Source: Caenispirillum bisanense
GTDB taxonomy: Bacteria > Pseudomonadota > Alphaproteobacteria > Rhodospirillales > UBA2165
Length of the DNA: 64,000 nucleotides
Reading direction: 5' to 3'
NCBI GenBank assembly: GCA_945877815.1
Contig: CAMDWJ010000009.1
Location: forward strand, 8,130 to 72,129
The position numbers and the translations under genes are program-made. This document shows positions 9,162-18,521 of this stretch, one piece after another. Under the pieces are notes generated by a model. It ran no database searches and was not told the origin of the DNA. It saw nothing but the letters and a program-made list of their open reading frames with translations. Position 1 is the first letter of the stretch. Every line of letters starts with the position of its first letter.

Positions 9162-10432
9162 GCAGAAGCTCCGCGAATGATGCCGCCGGCGACCGTCGCA
9201 TTGGTCGCGGGATCGATCATCACGAGGGCGCCGGTTGCGCGATTTGCTTCGTAAGTATCGAAGGAAACATCTGTACCGAGCCTAAGCGCCACGCGACCGA
9301 TTTCATTGGTCGCGAGTTGGCCTTCGGCCTCGATCTCGGCCAACGTGGTGATATCGAGCAAATGATCGAGCGTTTCGACCTTCGCCTGATGCGTGCGGGC
9401 ACCATGCTTGATGAGATAGGGGCGCCGCAGATCGAGCGGCGCGCGATCGAGCCAGATCAGATCGGCGGCCAGCTTGCGCGCGACCTGCGGCGGGTTTGCG
9501 GGATCGCCGATTAGATCGCCGCGGGTGACGTCGAGTTCGTCGGCCACCGTAATCGTCACCGAGGTCGGCGCGTCTGCGCGCTGTAGCTGCGTGCTGCCGA
9601 CGTAGATCCCAGTGATCGTGGTGGTGAGGCCGGCCGGATAGATCGATATCTTTTGGCCCACTTCCATCGCGCCGGATTCGATCCGCCCCATATAGCCGCG
9701 GAAGTCGTGATGTTCTGTTGTTTGAGGCCGATTGACTCCCTGCACCGGCATGCGCAGCGGCAATTCCAAGCGGAAGGATTCGCCGGGTGCCGAATCGAGC
9801 AGGTCGAGCAAAGGCGGGCCGTCGTACCACTGCATTTGATCGGATTTGTGCACGACATTTTCGCCGGCGAGCGCCGAAATCGGAACCGCCGTCGGAATTG
9901 GGCGGCCGAGGCGTTGCGAGAAATCGGCGACCTCGTCGCGGATTGCGGCGAAGCGGCGCAGATCGTGGCCGATGAGGTCCATCTTGTTGACCGCGATGAT
10001 CTGGGTGCGCACGCGCAACAAGGCTGATATGCATAGATGTCGGCGGGTCTGCACGGTCACGCCGCGCCGCGCGTCGATCAGGGTGACGGCGGCGTCGGCG
10101 CGCGATGCGCCGGTTGCCATGTTGCGGGTATATTGTTCGTGGCCGGGAACGTCGGCGATGATGAACTTGCGCTTGGTGCTGGCGAAATAGCGATAGGCGA
10201 CGTCGACGGTGATGCCCTGCTCGCGTTCGGCGAGAAGCCCATCAGTGAGGAGCGCAAAATCCGGGATGGTGCGGCCCTTGCGTTCCATGTCGCGTTCGAG
10301 AGCCTGGCGCTGATCGATTGGGACCGCATCGAGGTCGTAGAGCAATCGTCCGATCAGGGTGCTTTTACCGTCGTCGACGCTGCCGGCGGTGGTCACACGA
10401 AGCGGGGCGCGCAGAAAGTTCGTATCGCTCAT
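9158..10432 (-). CDS. cysN: sulfate adenylyltransferase subunit 1 (GTPase, no fused APS kinase)
   Basis: TAGSVDDGKSTLIGRLL, EREQGITVDVAYRYF, DVPGHEQYTRNMATGAS; start at MSDTNF overlapping cysD stop. Confidence 0.93.
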   Translation of the reverse strand: MSDTNFLRAPLRVTTAGSVDDGKSTLIGRLLYDLDAVPIDQRQALERDMERKGRTIPDFALLTDGLLAEREQGITVDVAYRYFASTKRKFIIADVPGHEQYTRNMATGASRADAAVTLIDARRGVTVQTRRHLCISALLRVRTQIIAVNKMDLIGHDLRRFAAIRDEVADFSQRLGRPIPTAVPISALAGENVVHKSDQMQWYDGPPLLDLLDSAPGESFRLELPLRMPVQGVNRPQTTEHHDFRGYMGRIESGAMEVGQKISIYPAGLTTTITGIYVGSTQLQRADAPTSVTITVADELDVTRGDLIGDPANPPQVARKLAADLIWLDRAPLDLRRPYLIKHGARTHQAKVETLDHLLDITTLAEIEAEGQLATNEIGRVALRLGTDVSFDTYEANRATGALVMIDPATNATVAGGIIRGASA

Positions 10433-11358
10433 CAGAAATAGCCCGCTCGCTTGCGCTCTTCCATCGCCGAGTCGCTCGCCTGATCGTCGAGACGGGTGGC
10501 GCCACGTTCCGAGACGCGTGCGGCGATGACCTCTTCGAGGATCTCGTCCATGGTTCGCGCGGTCGAGGCGACGGGGCAGGTGCAGGTGATGTCGCCGACG
10601 GTGCGGAATCTTACGCTGCGCATTTCCGGCTTCTCGCGCGGTTTCAGCGGCGTCAGCGGAGTGATGGGAACGAGGACGCCCGAACGTTCGACGACTTCGC
10701 GTTCGTGCGCGAAATAAAGAGATGGCAGATGAATGTTTTCTGCTGCGATATAGCGCCACACATCGGCCTCGGTCCAATTGCTGATCGGGAAGACGCGCAT
10801 ATTTTCGCCCTTCGACAGCCGGCCGTTATAGAGGTCCCATAGTTCGGGACGCTGGCTACGCGGCTCCCATTGGCCGAATTCGTTTCGCACCGAAAAGACG
10901 CGTTCTTTGGCGCGGGCCTTTTCCTCGTCGCGTCGGGCACCGCCGATGCAGGCGTCGAATTTCATTTCTTCGATCGCTTCAAGGAGCGTCACTGCCTGAT
11001 GCGGATTGCGGCTTTCGTCTTCGCGCCCCAATACGACCGTGCCGCGCTCGATTGAGCCTTCGAGGCTGCGTACGCTCAGCCGTGCCCCGTAGCGTTTCGC
11101 CGTATCGTCGCGGAACGCGATGACTTCGGGAAAATTATGTTCGGTATCGATATGCAGCAACGGAAATGGGATCGGCGACGGCCAGAAGGCCTTGGATGCC
11201 AGATGGACGATGACGGCCGAATCCTTGCCGCCGGAAAACAATAGGGCAGCGTTGCGAAACTCGGCCGCAGTTTCGCGCAGGATGTGGATGGCTTCGCTCT
11301 CGATCGATCGGAAGGCGAGGTCTTGGGCCGGGATAGGGGCGACATTGTTCATGTTCAT
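10432..11358 (-). CDS. cysD: sulfate adenylyltransferase subunit 2
   Basis: LFSGGKDS PP-loop, GGARRDEEKARAKER, RVFPISNWTE, MEERKRAGYF; ATGA overlap with cysH. Confidence 0.94.
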   Translation of the reverse strand: MNMNNVAPIPAQDLAFRSIESEAIHILRETAAEFRNAALLFSGGKDSAVIVHLASKAFWPSPIPFPLLHIDTEHNFPEVIAFRDDTAKRYGARLSVRSLEGSIERGTVVLGREDESRNPHQAVTLLEAIEEMKFDACIGGARRDEEKARAKERVFSVRNEFGQWEPRSQRPELWDLYNGRLSKGENMRVFPISNWTEADVWRYIAAENIHLPSLYFAHEREVVERSGVLVPITPLTPLKPREKPEMRSVRFRTVGDITCTCPVASTARTMDEILEEVIAARVSERGATRLDDQASDSAMEERKRAGYF

Positions 11359-12116
11359 TTGCGGCCGTGTTCCCGGTGGGCTTTTGCGGGATCGAAATGC
11401 AGTCCGCATTCCTTGGTTTCGGGATTTTCCCACCACCAGCGCCCGGCGCGAATATCTTCGCCGGGCGTGATCGCGCGCGTGCACGGCGCGCAGCCGAGGC
11501 TGGGATAACCCTTGTCGTGCAGCTCGTTGTAAGGAACGTCGTGGTGCCGGATATAGGCCCAGACGTCCTCGGTTGTCCAATCGATCAGCGGATTGAATTT
11601 CTCAAGCTTGTGGTCGCCATCCCATTCGCGCACGCCGAGATCGGCGCGGGTCACCGATTGCTCGCGGCGCAACCCGGTGATCCATGCTCGTTTGCCGGCA
11701 AGTGCGCGGCCGAGCGGCTCGACCTTGCGGATGCGGCAGCATTCCTTGCGTAGTTCGATCGAGCCGTAAAACGCATTGGGGCCGTTGGTAACGACGTAAC
11801 TTTCGAGATTCTCGCGCTCCGGTGCATAGGCGAGGATCGCAAAGCCGTAATGGTCGCGTACTTCCTGTATCAGGCGATGGGTTTCCTCAGGCAAGCGCCC
11901 GGTATCCAAGGTGAAGAATTCGATCTGCGCATTAGCGCGCCAGATCAGATCGGTGATGACCATATCTTCCGCGCCGAGGCTGGTCGCGAAGGAAGCAGGC
12001 GCGAAATCGCGGCCGATCTCGGTCAGCAGCTTCATGGCGTCGGCGGTGAGGGCATTCACGCGCGCGGTACCGCCATCGGACACGACGGCGGTAGTGGTCG
12101 GGGGTGTCTGGTCCAT
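11355..12116 (-). CDS. cysH: adenylylsulfate (APS) reductase, [4Fe-4S] type
   Basis: LDTGRL, ECCRIRKVEPL and SLGCAPCT (CC...CxxC cluster ligands), C-terminal ECGLH. Confidence 0.92.
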   Translation of the reverse strand: MDQTPPTTTAVVSDGGTARVNALTADAMKLLTEIGRDFAPASFATSLGAEDMVITDLIWRANAQIEFFTLDTGRLPEETHRLIQEVRDHYGFAILAYAPERENLESYVVTNGPNAFYGSIELRKECCRIRKVEPLGRALAGKRAWITGLRREQSVTRADLGVREWDGDHKLEKFNPLIDWTTEDVWAYIRHHDVPYNELHDKGYPSLGCAPCTRAITPGEDIRAGRWWWENPETKECGLHFDPAKAHREHGRK

Positions 12117-12127
12117 GGCGGACTGAC

Positions 12128-12225
12128 CTTAAAACATAAAAGAAGTGTATATTGAAATTAATCACACCATAGTTTGTATAAAATATTAATTCAACACATT
12201 TATTATGTGTAAAATATGATTTTGC
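12128..12225 (-). promoter_or_regulatory. very AT-rich cysHDN upstream region with inverted repeats
   Basis: ~100 bp almost all A/T in a GC-rich background; ACACAT-N5-ATGTGT and TTGAAATTAAT/ATTAATTCAA near-inverted pairs. Confidence 0.5.
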
Positions 12226-12266
12226 AGCAGATGGCCTTGCGATCACGACAACTGGGGTTGGGATGG

Positions 12267-14846
12267 CTAGGCTGGCTTGCGGGCGCGGAAGATGCGTAGG
12301 AATGGGAGCGGGCGCTCCAGGCCGGCGACCACAGCGGCAGAGAGGAAGGCGACGCTCTGCACCACGAGAGTCAGGGCAAAGACATTCACTTCCAGTGTCT
12401 GGAAGGTAATGTGATTGTAGCCCCACAACACGGCGGCGCTAAGTGCGAGCAACAGGCCGGCGATCAGTTCGGTCCGCGCGGGATATATGACGCCCGTTTT
12501 GCGGGGCCGCGTGGACGCCTTGTTGCCCTTATCGGTACGGTTGAAGCCGAGGCGCTTTCCGAACAGCCCTTCGGCGACTGCTTTCGCGACGGTCATTTGC
12601 AGGCTCATGGCCGCCAACGCGGCGCCGACGATGTTTCGTGCCGGGATGCGGACCCGCACGCCGTAAAGGGTCATGCAATGCAGCAGATTGACGGCAAAAG
12701 CGACGAGAATCGGAACCGTGAAGGGCAACATTGGGATCAGTACGCCGACGAACAGGATCATCGGAACCCAGAAGAGATTCATATAGGCGGCCAGCACGCC
12801 GAACGAATCCGACAGCCAATAGCTCCAGCCGGTGATGAACTGTATCTTTTGGTGTGTGGTCAGCGTGCGAGACTTTGGCAGCATATGGTGCCAATGCTTT
12901 CGTATGATCTGCATGGCGCCGAAGGCCCAACGGTGACGTTGGGTTTTATAGGCGGCATAGGTGTCGGGCAGCATGCCCCAGCCGTAACGCCGGTTGGTGT
13001 ATTGCGCTTCATAGCCGGCCTCGTAGAGACGCAGGCCGAGTTCGGTGTCTTCGGTGATGGTGTCGGTGTGCCAGGAGCCGACCGCCTCGAACGCCGAACG
13101 GCGCAGCAATAGCATCGTGCCATGCGCGATGACGGCATTGGTCTCGTTACGTTGGACCATGCCGATATCGAAAAAGCCGGCATATTCGGCGTTCATGACC
13201 GATTTGAAGGCGGATTCGTCGCCGTCGCGATGATCCTGCGGCGCCTGCACGAGGGCGATTTTCGGATCGGCGAAGGCCGGAACGAGATCCTTGAGCCAGT
13301 TCGGATCGACGACGTAATCGGCGTCGAGCAGTGCGATGATCTGTGCGTCTTCCGCCATGTGCGGCATGGCCGCGTTCAACGCGCCCGCCTTGAAGCCGGC
13401 GACTTGCGGCAAGAACACAAATTTGAAGCACGGACCGAGGGCGCGGCAATGCGCTTCGATCGGCTGCCAGTAGGGTTCTTCAGGCGTGTTGTTGACGATC
13501 ACCAGCGCTTCGAATTCCGGGTAGTCGAGCCGTGCCACGCTATCGAGCGTTTCCTTCAGCATATCCGGATTTTCGCGATATGCCGGAATATGGATCGAAA
13601 CTTTCGGGAGGACAAAACCTTCCACCACGACGGGCTTCCGGATGAGACGTTTGGGCCGATGGCCCAAAGTGACTTCGGCGACCTCGTGAACCTTTACGAG
13701 CGTCGTCGCGGTCAGCAGGATCATTAGGACGAAGCCGACGATCCAGGCAAAGGCTGAACCGAAGTTCAGATAATTCTCGAACGGATAGAGTGCCGCCATC
13801 GCAACGCCGGCCGAAAGCGTGTTGGCCGCGGTCGCGAAGATCAGTGCATGCGCGAAGGTCGGGTTCATCAAGATCATGCCGAAGATGCTGATCGCTGCGC
13901 CGATTGCGAGCGCTAGGGCGAGACGCTGGAAGAACAGCTTTCGTTCGACCTTGCCTTCGAGCGGAAATTTCAAGTTGCGGTCGGTGTCGAACATACCCCA
14001 ATAGGCGCCGACACTGCCTTCGACGACTTTCCACGGTTGGTCGTAGGCTTCGATGATATTGACCGTCATGCCGCGCCGCGCCGCCTCGGCGACGAACGTG
14101 CGGATGATTTCGGCCTGGCGCACCTGACCGGTCTCGGCGCGCATGAAATTGTATCCTTGCGACGGCCAGCCGAATTCGGCGACAACGATGAGCTTGCCCG
14201 GATAGGCGGCACGGAGGGCTTCGTAACGCCCCAATGAATATTCGACGACCTCCTCGGCGGGGATGCCTTCCCAATAGGGAAGAATGTGGGCCGCGATATA
14301 ATCGACCTCGCGCACCAGCTCCGGATGCTTGAGCCAGATATCCCAGGTTTCGCCGGTCGTCACCGGCTTGTTGACGCGGCGCCGAACCTTGCGGATTGCC
14401 GAAATGAGTTCTTCAGGCTTGCGTTCGAGGCGCAGGATCGTCTCGTTGCCGACAACGACCGAACGGATATTGCGGTGGCGGTTGGTGAGTTCGATCGCTG
14501 CCTTGATTTCGGCTTCGTTGTGGATTTCGTCCGAACCGATCCAGGCGCCCGCGGTCACGTTCAGCCCGTGCTTGTCGGCGATGCCGGGTACGGCCGCTGC
14601 GGTTCCGGTGCTTTGATAGAGGCGCAAGCCGGGCGTTATGGCCGCAAGCGCCGTCAGATCCTGGTCGATCCGCTCGACGTCTTCCTGAGTCGGCTGCTTA
14701 TTGGAATCCTTGGGCGCACCCAGGGAATAGGAGATCGACGAAATCTGATCGCGTACCGACGGCGCCATTACGCTTTCGCGTACTAGAAACCAAACACCCG
14801 CATGCAAGGCCGCGGCGATAACGGCGGCGGCCAAGATTTTATTCAT
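12267..14846 (-). CDS. ndvB: NdvB-like cyclic beta-(1,3)-glucan synthase (periplasmic GH17 + GT2)
   Basis: GH17 motifs VGNE and AEFGWPS; GT2 motifs KAGALN, DADY, TEDTELG, QRHRW; flanking TM helices. Confidence 0.8.
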   Translation of the reverse strand: MNKILAAAVIAAALHAGVWFLVRESVMAPSVRDQISSISYSLGAPKDSNKQPTQEDVERIDQDLTALAAITPGLRLYQSTGTAAAVPGIADKHGLNVTAGAWIGSDEIHNEAEIKAAIELTNRHRNIRSVVVGNETILRLERKPEELISAIRKVRRRVNKPVTTGETWDIWLKHPELVREVDYIAAHILPYWEGIPAEEVVEYSLGRYEALRAAYPGKLIVVAEFGWPSQGYNFMRAETGQVRQAEIIRTFVAEAARRGMTVNIIEAYDQPWKVVEGSVGAYWGMFDTDRNLKFPLEGKVERKLFFQRLALALAIGAAISIFGMILMNPTFAHALIFATAANTLSAGVAMAALYPFENYLNFGSAFAWIVGFVLMILLTATTLVKVHEVAEVTLGHRPKRLIRKPVVVEGFVLPKVSIHIPAYRENPDMLKETLDSVARLDYPEFEALVIVNNTPEEPYWQPIEAHCRALGPCFKFVFLPQVAGFKAGALNAAMPHMAEDAQIIALLDADYVVDPNWLKDLVPAFADPKIALVQAPQDHRDGDESAFKSVMNAEYAGFFDIGMVQRNETNAVIAHGTMLLLRRSAFEAVGSWHTDTITEDTELGLRLYEAGYEAQYTNRRYGWGMLPDTYAAYKTQRHRWAFGAMQIIRKHWHHMLPKSRTLTTHQKIQFITGWSYWLSDSFGVLAAYMNLFWVPMILFVGVLIPMLPFTVPILVAFAVNLLHCMTLYGVRVRIPARNIVGAALAAMSLQMTVAKAVAEGLFGKRLGFNRTDKGNKASTRPRKTGVIYPARTELIAGLLLALSAAVLWGYNHITFQTLEVNVFALTLVVQSVAFLSAAVVAGLERPLPFLRIFRARKPA

Positions 14847-14887
14847 CTGTTCTTTTGCCTTCGGGTCACGGACCCGCTCGTAATCGA

Positions 14888-15484
14888 TTACCGCGGTTTC
14901 GGTTCCGGATAATTCGGCGTCGATCCCGTGGCGGCCGGCGCAGCCTTGCCCGCGGCGGATTTAGGTTGAGATCCGGGCGTAGCCGGTTTCACCGCGCCGG
15001 CCGCCGCGCCCGAAGTCGATTCGTTTGACGGAGCTATTTTCGTCGCCTTTGTGTCGAATTTAGGGTCGTTCCAGCAACTGTCGACGCGCGTCTGCGCCTC
15101 AGCGGCGGTCGGCAACGCGCCGACAGCCACGGTGCAATCGAAGGCAGTCCGCAGATGCTCGCCACCACAATTGAAGGTGTGATAGAGCCGATCGAAATCC
15201 TGTGCCGTCACGGCGTCGTCGCGGAGCAGCGAATGGATGACCCGCTTGCCGATCCAGCCGCATCCGGCGCTGGACGATGGCGCCAAGGGCTGGGATTCGG
15301 GTGCCGTCCCGGGCGGCTGGTTGCGCTTTGGACTGGCCTTGGCCGGGGCTTGGCCCTGCTGGCTTTTGCCGGCGCCGGACGCCGGGAGGGACGATTCTTG
15401 CGCCGCGACACTGCGCGGCGGCACTGCAAAAAAGATGACGCCCAACACGAATATTGCTGCTGGCGTGAGGCGAAGGGCGCTCAT
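14888..15484 (-). CDS. NdvD-like secreted glucan biosynthesis protein
   Basis: signal peptide, Pro/Ala-rich linkers, core C-x-W-I-G-K-R-V...LLRDD...LY..F-N-C...H-L...F-D-C resembling recalled Bradyrhizobium NdvD; directly upstream of ndvB-like gene. Confidence 0.6.
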   Translation of the reverse strand: MSALRLTPAAIFVLGVIFFAVPPRSVAAQESSLPASGAGKSQQGQAPAKASPKRNQPPGTAPESQPLAPSSSAGCGWIGKRVIHSLLRDDAVTAQDFDRLYHTFNCGGEHLRTAFDCTVAVGALPTAAEAQTRVDSCWNDPKFDTKATKIAPSNESTSGAAAGAVKPATPGSQPKSAAGKAAPAATGSTPNYPEPKPR

Positions 15485-15660
15485 GGCCTTGTAAGTCCCC
15501 GGTGACGAATGGTTTGTGTATTAACGCCGACCGATCAGTTTTATTGCGCTTGGTTGCTACGCGCAATCGGTCGCCGTCATTTTATTTTCGGCCGCGGCGC
15601 CTGCCTATACTCCGCGTTCGATACCCCTGTGTAATTCGGCCCGATAGTAGGGCCAATACG

Positions 15661-15705
15661 GCCGAGGGGTTAGCCCCTTTTTTTCAAGGTGACCAACCCC
15701 TCGGC
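15661..15705 (-). terminator. hairpin downstream of tRNA pair
   Basis: perfect 11-bp inverted repeat GCCGAGGGGTT/AACCCCTCGGC 6 nt after the tRNA-Asn CCA. Confidence 0.5.
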
Positions 15706-15711
15706 TTTAAT

Positions 15712-15786
15712 TGGCTCCGGCGGTAGGGCTCGAACCTACAACCCTCGGATTAACAGTCCGATGCTCTACCATTGAGCTACGCCGGA
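15712..15786 (-). tRNA. tRNA-Asn(GTT)
   Basis: TCCGGCGTAGCTCAATGGTAGAGC...CTGTTAA...GGTTCGAG...GCCGGAGCCA; cloverleaf with encoded CCA. Confidence 0.97.
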
Positions 15787-15793
15787 ATAGATA

Positions 15794-15867
15794 TGGAGGC
15801 GCGGACCGGAATCGAACCGGTATACACGGCTTTGCAGGCCGCTGCGTAGCCACTCCGCCACCGCGCC
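15794..15867 (-). tRNA. tRNA-Cys(GCA)
   Basis: GGCGCGGTGGCGGAGTGG...CTGCAAA...GGTTCGATTCC...GCGCCTCCA; cloverleaf with encoded CCA. Confidence 0.97.
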
Positions 15868-16091
15868 TGAAAAGCGCATCCTCACCCGAGAACGGCGGCG
15901 CTGGCGCACACCGTCGCCCGAAAGCGCGCAGAACCTAGACGCCCTTCGGCACTCGGTCAAGATTGACTCGACCTCTTTCCGCCCGTTTGCCAATGTTTTT
16001 GCCGTCAGGGCAATCAAGCGCGCGGAAACCGGATGAAGTCCGCTCCCAACGATGCTAAGAGTGACGCGGTCAAATTCTAGCGAGGCTCCCG

Positions 16092-16745
16092 ATGGATTAC
16101 GCTGCGGCCCGTCACGCCATGGTGGAAAGCCAGATCCGCACAAACCGCGTGTCGGATCCGGCAATCGTCACCGCGTTCGAGGAGATTCCCCGCGAGCTGT
16201 TTGTGCCTATGAACCTGCGTTCCGTTGCCTATGTCGACGAAGCCGTTCCGCTGGGGCAGGGCCGCTTTTTGATGGAGCCGCTGGCGCTGGCGCAACTGCT
16301 TCAGGCCGCCGAGATCCGGCCGAGCGATGTCGTTCTCGATGTCGGCTGTGCGACCGGCTATTCGGCGGCCATCCTAGCGCGTCTTGCCGCAACCGTGGTC
16401 GCGATCGAGGAGAATCCGGGCTTCGTTCGCGAGGCTAATCGGCTGTTGAGCGAACAAATCGTCCACAACGTGGCTATTTTGGAGTCCGCGCTGACCGAAG
16501 GGTGCCCGAAACAGGCGCCTTACGACGTCATCGTCCTGGAAGGCGGCGTCGAGGAGATTCCAGACGCTTTGGTGGCCCAACTGGGCGAAGGCGGTCGGCT
16601 CGCTTGCGTCATCGTTGGCGCAGGCGGCTTCGGCAAGGGAACCCTGCTGACCCGAATCAGTGGCTCGGTTGTGCGGCGCACTGTGTTCGACGCGGGTACT
16701 CCGCTGCTTCCGGGCTTCGCCAGGCGCCCCAGTTTCGTGTTTTAG
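16092..16745 (+). CDS. protein-L-isoaspartate O-methyltransferase family protein (pcm-like paralog)
   Basis: ARHAMVESQIRT, PRELFVP, VLDVGCATGYS, PYDVI; conserved position upstream of tolC. Confidence 0.9.
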   Translation: MDYAAARHAMVESQIRTNRVSDPAIVTAFEEIPRELFVPMNLRSVAYVDEAVPLGQGRFLMEPLALAQLLQAAEIRPSDVVLDVGCATGYSAAILARLAATVVAIEENPGFVREANRLLSEQIVHNVAILESALTEGCPKQAPYDVIVLEGGVEEIPDALVAQLGEGGRLACVIVGAGGFGKGTLLTRISGSVVRRTVFDAGTPLLPGFARRPSFVF

Positions 16746-16790
16746 GGTCTGAAAACCTTTAAAAACAGCCAGTTGGCTCAAGATCGTCAC

Positions 16791-16842
16791 TTGACCCAAT
16801 CCGACGCTTTATATAGTGTGAACTAGTTTACGGTACACTATA
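16791..16842 (+). promoter_or_regulatory. sigma70-like promoter of tolC with overlapping inverted repeat
   Basis: TTGACC-N17-TAGTGT; TATAGTGT-N15-ACACTATA perfect inverted repeat over the -10. Confidence 0.5.
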
Positions 16843-16968
16843 AGTAGTTGTGGTGCGTCGGCCTTTGTTTGCGATTTATTCATTACTTTTGGCCGAATAT
16901 CTGCAAGGGGGCATCTCTGCGGGCAGGGCATGTAGGCGGTTTAAGGCCGGGCCGTCGAGGGGACAACA

Positions 16969-18390
16969 ATGAATTCGTATAACAAAAAACTGGCGGGTCT
17001 GGTGTTCGGCGGAGCGCTTGCGTTGGTGGCACTGTCGACCGGGCCGGCGTTCAGCCAGACTTTGCGCGAAGCATTGGCGGCCGCCTATACAAGCAATCCC
17101 GATTTGCGCTCGCAGCGCGAAACTTTGCGCGGCACCGTCGAAGGCGTACCCCAGGCGCTTGGCGGCTGGCGCCCAACGGTAAGCCTGAACCTCAATGCCG
17201 GGCGCAATTACAGCGAGTCCAACAGTCGAACCAGTGGATCGCGTGAGCAATTTCGCAATCCGCATCAAGGAACGGTTACCTTTACGCAGCCGTTGTTTCG
17301 TGGCTTGCGGACGGTTTCAGGCGTCGACAAGGCCGAAGCCGATGTAAAAAAGGCCGAGGCCGATCTCAACGCGAAAGAGCAATCGACCTTGTTGTCTGCG
17401 GCGACGGCGTTCATGAACGTTGTGCGCGATCAAGCAACGCTTGATCTCAACATCAACAACGAACAGGTGCTGGCCCGGCAGCTTCAAGCGACCCAGGATC
17501 GATTCAACGTCGGCGAAATCACGCGGACGGACGTCAGTCAGGCCGAGGCGGCCTTGGCCGGCGCTACGGCGAACCGGATAACCTCGGAAGGTGTTCTCGA
17601 AACGTCGCGAGCGACCTATCAGCAGGTTATCGGCGAGGCGCCCGGAAAACTTATCGCTCCCGAAGTTGTTGCAAGCATTCCTCAAAGCCGCGAAGAAATT
17701 ATCGAAATCGCGCGCAATGCGCATCCGGCAGTTATTGCGGCCGGATACTCGGAAAAATCTGCGTTGAGTAATGTCGATTTGGTCAAAGGCGAGCTGTTGC
17801 CGACGTTGAATTTTGTCGGAACGCTCGACAAGACGATGGATGGTTCCGCCCGTGGCGCGGGAGGAGATTTGTCCATGTCGGTTACCGGCTTGGCCAAGCT
17901 TGATCTTACTGTTCCGCTTTATGAGCAAGGCACTGTTTATGCGCGGACGCGCGCCGCGAAAATAGCTGCGGGTAAGAGCCGCATCGACCTGGACTCCGTG
18001 CGCGCCCTTCGCGTAGCAACTGCCAATCAGGCCTGGGACACGTTGCGTGCTGCGCGCGCAGCAAATGTTTCATTCAAGGCCCAAATCGACGCGGCAGCTG
18101 TCGCGCTGGACGGTATCAAGCGCGAGGCCTCCGTTGGTTCGCGGACTGTGTTGGACGTTCTGTCATCCGAGCAGACGCTACTCACGGCACAGGTCAATTT
18201 AGTTAAATCGCAACGTGACGAGATTGTGGCGTCTTACCAGCTTAAGGAAGCTGTCGGTGGCCTGACCGCCGAGCAATTGAATCTGCCGGTCGATATTTAC
18301 AAACCGAACGAATTCTATGCGCGCGAGCGTGATCGGTTCATTGGTTTGGATGTGCCTGATTTGCCAGAGGCATCGAGTGATACAAAATAG
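16969..18390 (+). CDS. tolC: TolC family outer membrane protein
   Basis: signal peptide, TLREALAAAYTSNP, RFNVGEITRTDVSQAEA, VGSRTVLDVL; pcm-tolC-popZ-valS synteny. Confidence 0.9.
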   Translation: MNSYNKKLAGLVFGGALALVALSTGPAFSQTLREALAAAYTSNPDLRSQRETLRGTVEGVPQALGGWRPTVSLNLNAGRNYSESNSRTSGSREQFRNPHQGTVTFTQPLFRGLRTVSGVDKAEADVKKAEADLNAKEQSTLLSAATAFMNVVRDQATLDLNINNEQVLARQLQATQDRFNVGEITRTDVSQAEAALAGATANRITSEGVLETSRATYQQVIGEAPGKLIAPEVVASIPQSREEIIEIARNAHPAVIAAGYSEKSALSNVDLVKGELLPTLNFVGTLDKTMDGSARGAGGDLSMSVTGLAKLDLTVPLYEQGTVYARTRAAKIAAGKSRIDLDSVRALRVATANQAWDTLRAARAANVSFKAQIDAAAVALDGIKREASVGSRTVLDVLSSEQTLLTAQVNLVKSQRDEIVASYQLKEAVGGLTAEQLNLPVDIYKPNEFYARERDRFIGLDVPDLPEASSDTK

Positions 18391-18521
18391 GACTGGCGCA
18401 AAGCGCCGGCGCTCACCGGGTGAAACGACTTTGGCGGAAGCGTCGAGGCATTAGACTGTTCGGCCCTGTAAATTAACGGGATCGGCAAGGCGTTTGGTGA
18501 GTTTGACGGGACAGTCGATAG

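Noticed and set aside
9158-11580. Apparent long N-terminal extensions and overlaps in the ORF track (cysN, cysD; also anti-sigma, SPOR, M50, tatA, thioesterase, hpnI, uvrA)
   Set aside because: Artefacts of choosing the most upstream start; internal starts coincide with family N-termini and stop/start overlaps.
15712-15867. tRNA pair as possible integration site of an island
   Set aside because: No integrase and no duplicated tRNA 3' end noticed in the window by eye.
15711-16164. ORFs overlapping the tRNA genes
   Set aside because: Spurious translations of tRNA sequence.
16092-16745. Two pcm-family genes in one window (also 48198-48842)
   Set aside because: Both paralogues in these contexts (before tolC, before nlpD) are standard in alphaproteobacteria.
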